Of a DNA stretch of 64,000 bases, positions 59,733 through 64,000 are shown piece by piece (within the stretch, counting starts at the first letter, position 1; every line of letters begins with the position of its first letter). Where the stretch lies: NCBI GenBank assembly GCA_977020255.1, contig CDROCS010003952.1, positions 124,001 to 188,000 of the forward strand, given 5' to 3'. A model generated the notes under the pieces. It saw only the letters and a program-made list of their open reading frames with translations. It had not been told where the DNA came from and did no database searches. This DNA comes from Obrimoposthia wandeli (taxonomy: Eukaryota). The position numbers and the translations under genes are program-made.

Positions 59733-59986
59733 GCGGACAGTGTATATTAAGACTGTATTAATGATAATCCTTAATTTTGGACGCTCATTGAGTCCAGCTG
59801 GGACTTAATTGATTAGCTTGTATACAGCATAAATTCTACCTAGATCATCTTTATGGTAAGAATAAATATCAATTATGTTAAGTGTTTAGCATAAATACAG
59901 GCGAACTATAATTTCTTACAAAAGCTTACAATTGGCGTAAAGAGCTAGCTATAAACTTAAGCCTTTCATCTTACAGAGGAAAAGTT

Positions 59987-60667
59987 ATGAAAAAATCAAT
60001 GCTAGCAATCTTGCTATGTTCTTCATCTGTTGCGGCCAGTGAGATCGAGGTAGATTTAAATAACCTATCGAATATCTCTAAAGCAGGCACAGATAATCTA
60101 TCCATCATCAGTGAGTTTAATGGTTATGAATTATCGGGTGCTGGTCATCGTAAAGATATTCAATTAACAGGACTTGATTGGCAGTTCTTCTATGGTGTCG
60201 ATACATCTGTTGAAAAACCGAATAGCGATAAAATTGGTCCGTTAACAGACATAGGTGCTATTAAGCATATGCCTGGGGATAAACCTGTCCACGCTAATCG
60301 TTATAGCTGGGATGGCGGTAGTTATGCCGACTATGCTGATCAATTTAATCACGCGATGTCACTGGGTGATGGTGGCTTTAGTTTTAACGTCAAAGCGCAA
60401 GGTATTGGTCGTTATAAACTTGACCTTTATACCCATAACTGGCTTTCTTCGTCAGATGTGACTGCTTGTATAAATCAGCAGTGCGTGACCATCAAAAATG
60501 ACATTACAACGCACATGACAGGGGTTCAAAACAGTATTGTATTTAACACCACCTCGATTGATGATCAATTAACCGTGACTTATAAACGTGTTGCTCGTCA
60601 GTGGGACTACTCGCAGTCAGAAGGCTATCACAGCTTAGAAGCAATCAATTTAAGTGAGGTTAAATAA
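59987..60667 (+). CDS. Secreted hypothetical protein, beta-rich
   Basis: AGAGG RBS, signal peptide ending VAA, one Cys pair (ACINQQC); stop overlaps the protease start. Confidence 0.7.
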   Translation: MKKSMLAILLCSSSVAASEIEVDLNNLSNISKAGTDNLSIISEFNGYELSGAGHRKDIQLTGLDWQFFYGVDTSVEKPNSDKIGPLTDIGAIKHMPGDKPVHANRYSWDGGSYADYADQFNHAMSLGDGGFSFNVKAQGIGRYKLDLYTHNWLSSSDVTACINQQCVTIKNDITTHMTGVQNSIVFNTTSIDDQLTVTYKRVARQWDYSQSEGYHSLEAINLSEVK

Positions 60668-61860
60668 TGAAAAAATTACTTATTGCTACAGCTGTTCTAG
60701 CGTCTATTTCGATGACGGCGAATGCCGGGCTTGCGCGTTATGACCGTTCAGTGTCGCAACATAAGACTTTTGCATTACAGAGCAAGTTTGATTTTGCATG
60801 TCATATGAATGCTGGTTCTGCGACGTTAATCGACCCGTTCTGGGTGATCACTGCAAATCACGTATCCGGTTCTAAATCACAATCATACCGTAATACAGTG
60901 ACGTGTACTTCGTTTGAAAAAGATGAAAATGGCGAATACACCACGATAAAGTCAGTTTCTGCATCAACAGACCCTAAGGGTGAGTACGGAGAATATGAAT
61001 TTAAAGATGAAATGTATGATTTCGCACTGGTTCGTTTGGATACCCCAATTCGCGGCATTAAACCAGCTAAGCTAGCAACGGAAGAAATGTTTCCAAAAGA
61101 TAAACGTTATGAAGTGAATAGCGTCGGTTTTGGTAATTATAATGGCCGCAACGGTGGCCAAAAGTATGTTGAATACAATGAAGTTGATAAGAAATGGCTG
61201 GCTGAATATTCTTTCAACCCCGATTATTTTAAGCAAAGTGAGTTGCAGTGGTTAGCAATTCATGGTGATAGTGGCTCTGGCATTACGGTGGAAAAAGACG
61301 GTGAGTTTTATCTACTAGGTGAGATTGGCCTGCAATATTATACCGAGTTTGGTTGGACTGATACGTTTGAAGACGTGGCGATCAAACTGCCTTGGATTAA
61401 TAAAGCGATGCAAGAGCACGGGTTTAGTTATACTGAAGAAGTGGAACTTGATAACGTCATGTGGAGCGCCTCGTCACCAGACAATACCGATGACTACCAT
61501 GCCTACTTCAGTTATTGGAAAGCAGAAAACATTGGTATGTCTGAAACTTTTTGGACTGATGACGGTGGTTTAAAAACCATGGCGTATGCGGATGCGGGGT
61601 CAAGCTACAGTATCGAGATGGTGATACCGAAGGATAAAAATACACCGGCGTTTGACTTGTTCGTGAATGGCCGTGTTGTCGCGGTTAATATTGACGTCAA
61701 TACAGCTAAAACCGATGCACTTTTCCTTAAGGTAAATACCTTTAAGATTGATGCTGATAACATCAATGTTGAGTTTAAACCGGTTGGTGATTTAACTGGG
61801 AAAACTAAAATCGTATTAGACTATTTTGCAGTGAAAGCTGCGGTGAAAGCAGCGAAATAA
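60667..61860 (+). CDS. Secreted trypsin-like (S1) serine protease with C-terminal beta-sandwich
   Basis: Signal peptide, TANHV (His), DFALVRL (Asp), GDSGSG (Ser). Confidence 0.9.
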   Translation: MKKLLIATAVLASISMTANAGLARYDRSVSQHKTFALQSKFDFACHMNAGSATLIDPFWVITANHVSGSKSQSYRNTVTCTSFEKDENGEYTTIKSVSASTDPKGEYGEYEFKDEMYDFALVRLDTPIRGIKPAKLATEEMFPKDKRYEVNSVGFGNYNGRNGGQKYVEYNEVDKKWLAEYSFNPDYFKQSELQWLAIHGDSGSGITVEKDGEFYLLGEIGLQYYTEFGWTDTFEDVAIKLPWINKAMQEHGFSYTEEVELDNVMWSASSPDNTDDYHAYFSYWKAENIGMSETFWTDDGGLKTMAYADAGSSYSIEMVIPKDKNTPAFDLFVNGRVVAVNIDVNTAKTDALFLKVNTFKIDADNINVEFKPVGDLTGKTKIVLDYFAVKAAVKAAK

Positions 61861-61879
61861 TATAACGAGATGGTAAATT

Positions 61880-61936
61880 AAGTCTTAACCTTAACGCCAG
61901 TAATATAGGGGGTTATCGGGTTAAGACTTTTTTTTC
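61880..61936 (+). terminator. Intrinsic terminator after the protease gene
   Basis: AAGTCTTAACC ... GGTTAAGACTT followed by a T run. Confidence 0.7.
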
Positions 61937-62021
61937 GCTATAAAAGAATATAATCATGCTAGATTAACTCTTATTAGGACTGAGTATTCGTTTCAGTCTC
62001 AAGATCGTAATAAGAGGAGCT

Positions 62022-62921
62022 GTGATGGATTGGATAATGTGTGTGCGTAGTTACATTAAAGTCGTTGAAGAAGGCAGCTTTAATGGCGCGGCTTATCAAC
62101 TTAATACCACAGGCTCTGCGATCAGTAAGCGCATTAACTGGCTAGAAGATAAAGTCGGCGTGCAGTTACTTAAGCGCACCACGCGCTCGTTAGATCAAAC
62201 AGAAGCGGGTCAGCTATTTTATCAGCGTTCCCGATTGCAACTTGATCAATGGATGTCGCTGGTGGACGAAGCGCGTTCAGTTAATCAAACGCCTACAGGG
62301 CTGTTAAAAATTGGCGCTACTACCGCAGTGGGCTCTAAATTTATCATCAAGTATTTAAACGACTTTTTATTAATGTATCCTAAAATCAAAATACAGTTGC
62401 TAACCACATCACCAGGGCAAATGCCCGAGAGTCATGTCGATGTGTTTATCAGCCGTGATTTAGAACAGCTCAACTCCCACAGTTATAAAGCCATTGAACT
62501 GTTTAAAAACGATGCCAAGTTCTTTGCTTCGCCAGACTATATTGACAAGTATGGAAAGCCTGAAACCATTGAAGATCTTGAATCGCACAATATGCTTATT
62601 TGGGGCGAACGCCCGATACGCGATGTAAAATTATCGACGGGTAATCGCATTACCTTACGGGGTAATTTTGCGACTACCAATCCTGAAGCGTTATTTTACG
62701 GGGCTAAATGCGGCATGGGCGTATTGCTTGCCAGCCAAAAAATGCTGGAAGATTTAACGGAAGTTGGGGAATTAATACAGGTATTACCCGATGTCACGAT
62801 TGATCATGGGTCTGTATGTGCTTATTACCCAACCCTTGATTATGAACATACCCGTACTCAGTTGTTTATTAAGTACCTGAAAGAACGTGTTAGCAACGAA
62901 CAGATTAAGGAACCATCATGA
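62022..62921 (+). CDS. LysR-family regulator (CrgA/DmlR-like)
   Basis: GSFNGAAYQL...ISKRINWLE...LLKRTTRSL..TEAG. Confidence 0.92.
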   Translation: MMDWIMCVRSYIKVVEEGSFNGAAYQLNTTGSAISKRINWLEDKVGVQLLKRTTRSLDQTEAGQLFYQRSRLQLDQWMSLVDEARSVNQTPTGLLKIGATTAVGSKFIIKYLNDFLLMYPKIKIQLLTTSPGQMPESHVDVFISRDLEQLNSHSYKAIELFKNDAKFFASPDYIDKYGKPETIEDLESHNMLIWGERPIRDVKLSTGNRITLRGNFATTNPEALFYGAKCGMGVLLASQKMLEDLTEVGELIQVLPDVTIDHGSVCAYYPTLDYEHTRTQLFIKYLKERVSNEQIKEPS

Positions 62922-63421
62922 TTGATTTAACGCGTGCGGTAGATTTAAGCAGCGCAGAAAGTATAGCCCTTTGGCGAGTATCTAATGATGGTGTCATGGG
63001 AGGTTTGTCTGAAGGGCGCATGTTATTCAACCATGATCATGGCATATTTACCGGAAATATATCGCTTGAAAACAACGGTGGTTTTAGTTCGATCTTTCGG
63101 CCTGTTAAGGGTGTGCCGACAAAACTGCATAGCATTCAAATCGATGTACAAGGTGACGGTCAATGTTATCAATTAAGAGCCGTGGTTTTCGATAATGGCT
63201 ATCGCTTAGCGTACAAACATGATTTTGAAACTGTTGCAGGCCAACGCCAAACATTCACATTTCCGCTTATCGATTTTAAAGCCTCTTTCCGTGGGCGGTT
63301 AATCAGCAATGCACCGATACTGGCATCGTCAGACGTAAGAGAAGTGGGGTTCTTAGTGAATAATCACACTGCAGGGGAGTTTGCGTTGTCAGTTTTTGGG
63401 ATTGAGTTTTTGGATCTGTAA
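62918..63421 (+). CDS. CIA30-family (NDUFAF1-like) protein
   Basis: WRVSNDGVMGGLS, SLENNGGFSS, GDGQCYQLR, FRGR. Confidence 0.9.
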   Translation: MIDLTRAVDLSSAESIALWRVSNDGVMGGLSEGRMLFNHDHGIFTGNISLENNGGFSSIFRPVKGVPTKLHSIQIDVQGDGQCYQLRAVVFDNGYRLAYKHDFETVAGQRQTFTFPLIDFKASFRGRLISNAPILASSDVREVGFLVNNHTAGEFALSVFGIEFLDL

Positions 63422-63503
63422 GCGGGGAGGGCGAAATAGTTGGTAATATGATTGATTCTTTCTTCAGCGTTATATGATGTGAATAACTTTCGGATTCCTC
63501 ACT

Positions 63504-63541
63504 GTAACAAATGAATGATAATATGATCATTCATTTGTTAC
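63504..63541. promoter_or_regulatory. 38-bp perfect palindrome upstream of the nucleotidase gene
   Basis: GTAACAAATGAATGAT-aatatg-ATCATTCATTTGTTAC. Confidence 0.6.
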
Positions 63542-63575
63542 TATCGATTCAGCTACAGATAAAAACTGAAACATT

Positions 63576-64000
63576 ATGATGAAAAAGAATAAGCCAGTTA
63601 AAATAACACTGGCGCATATAAATGATACGCACTCTTACTTTGAACCTCAGTCACTGCAATTACAGCTGAATATTGATGGCAAAATGATATCGCCTTATGT
63701 CAGCAATGGCGGATTTTCTCGTATCGCCACGCGCGCTAAACAGCTTAAAGCCACCGCGCTGCAACATGATCGCGACTTTATATTTGTCCATGCTGGCGAT
63801 TGCTTTCAAGGCACGCTCTATTTCTCGTTGTTTAAAGGTAAAGCCAATTCCGACATGCTCAACGCATTAGGTATTGATGTCATGACTATTGGTAACCATG
63901 AACTCGATATGGGCAATGAACCAGTGGCTGAATTTTTAGACCGTATTGAGTTTCCACTACTCGCTGGCAACTGGGATCTGACTAACGAATTAACAACCAA
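63576..64000 (+). CDS. Bifunctional UDP-sugar hydrolase/5'-nucleotidase family metallophosphoesterase, N-terminal part; runs off the window end
   Basis: Not in the ORF track. Manual translation gives HINDTHS, HAGDCFQG, TIGNHELD metallophosphoesterase motifs; no signal peptide. Confidence 0.9.
   Translation, partial: MMKKNKPVKITLAHINDTHSYFEPQSLQLQLNIDGKMISPYVSNGGFSRIATRAKQLKATALQHDRDFIFVHAGDCFQGTLYFSLFKGKANSDMLNALGIDVMTIGNHELDMGNEPVAEFLDRIEFPLLAGNWDLTNELTT

Noticed and set aside
1-64000. Prophage, IS element, integron, tRNA or rRNA genes
   Set aside because: No integrase, transposase, phage structural gene, attC-like array or structural RNA signature was recognised.

Overview
A 64-kb chromosomal window from an AT-rich marine gammaproteobacterium. 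The gene content looks Moritella/Psychromonas-like, but that is inference. No rRNA, tRNA, CRISPR array, integrase or transposase was seen. In order, it contains: a truncated dCache chemoreceptor; a sigma54/NorR-controlled hcp-hcr nitrosative-stress unit with visible NorR boxes; an AT-rich PRTase+HAD pair; LysR with an alkyl sulfatase and a YiaW/YiaV-like export pair; and two divergent surface lipoproteins flanking a sigma70 promoter overlapped by a strong Fur box. Downstream of that promoter is an ~19-kb co-directional run: DUF1566 lipoprotein, flp (missed by the ORF track), a Tad pilus locus lacking a prepilin peptidase, TlpA, DUF4266, DUF3570, ApbE and DsbD. The rest holds a coupled GTPase pair, a GAF-GGDEF cyclase, a DEAD-box helicase, an LEA_2 lipoprotein, an ABC/AttH-like unit, MscS, a site-2 protease, an orphan Imm51-like gene, oleABCD, a 1529-aa TSP3-repeat lipoprotein, an MFS/LysR pair split by a secreted protein+trypsin cassette, CIA30 and a truncated 5'-nucleotidase. 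The best candidate for an undescribed system is the putatively iron-regulated adhesin/Tad/flavin-thiol redox operon at 15910-34818. All family assignments are by motif recognition; no database search was run.
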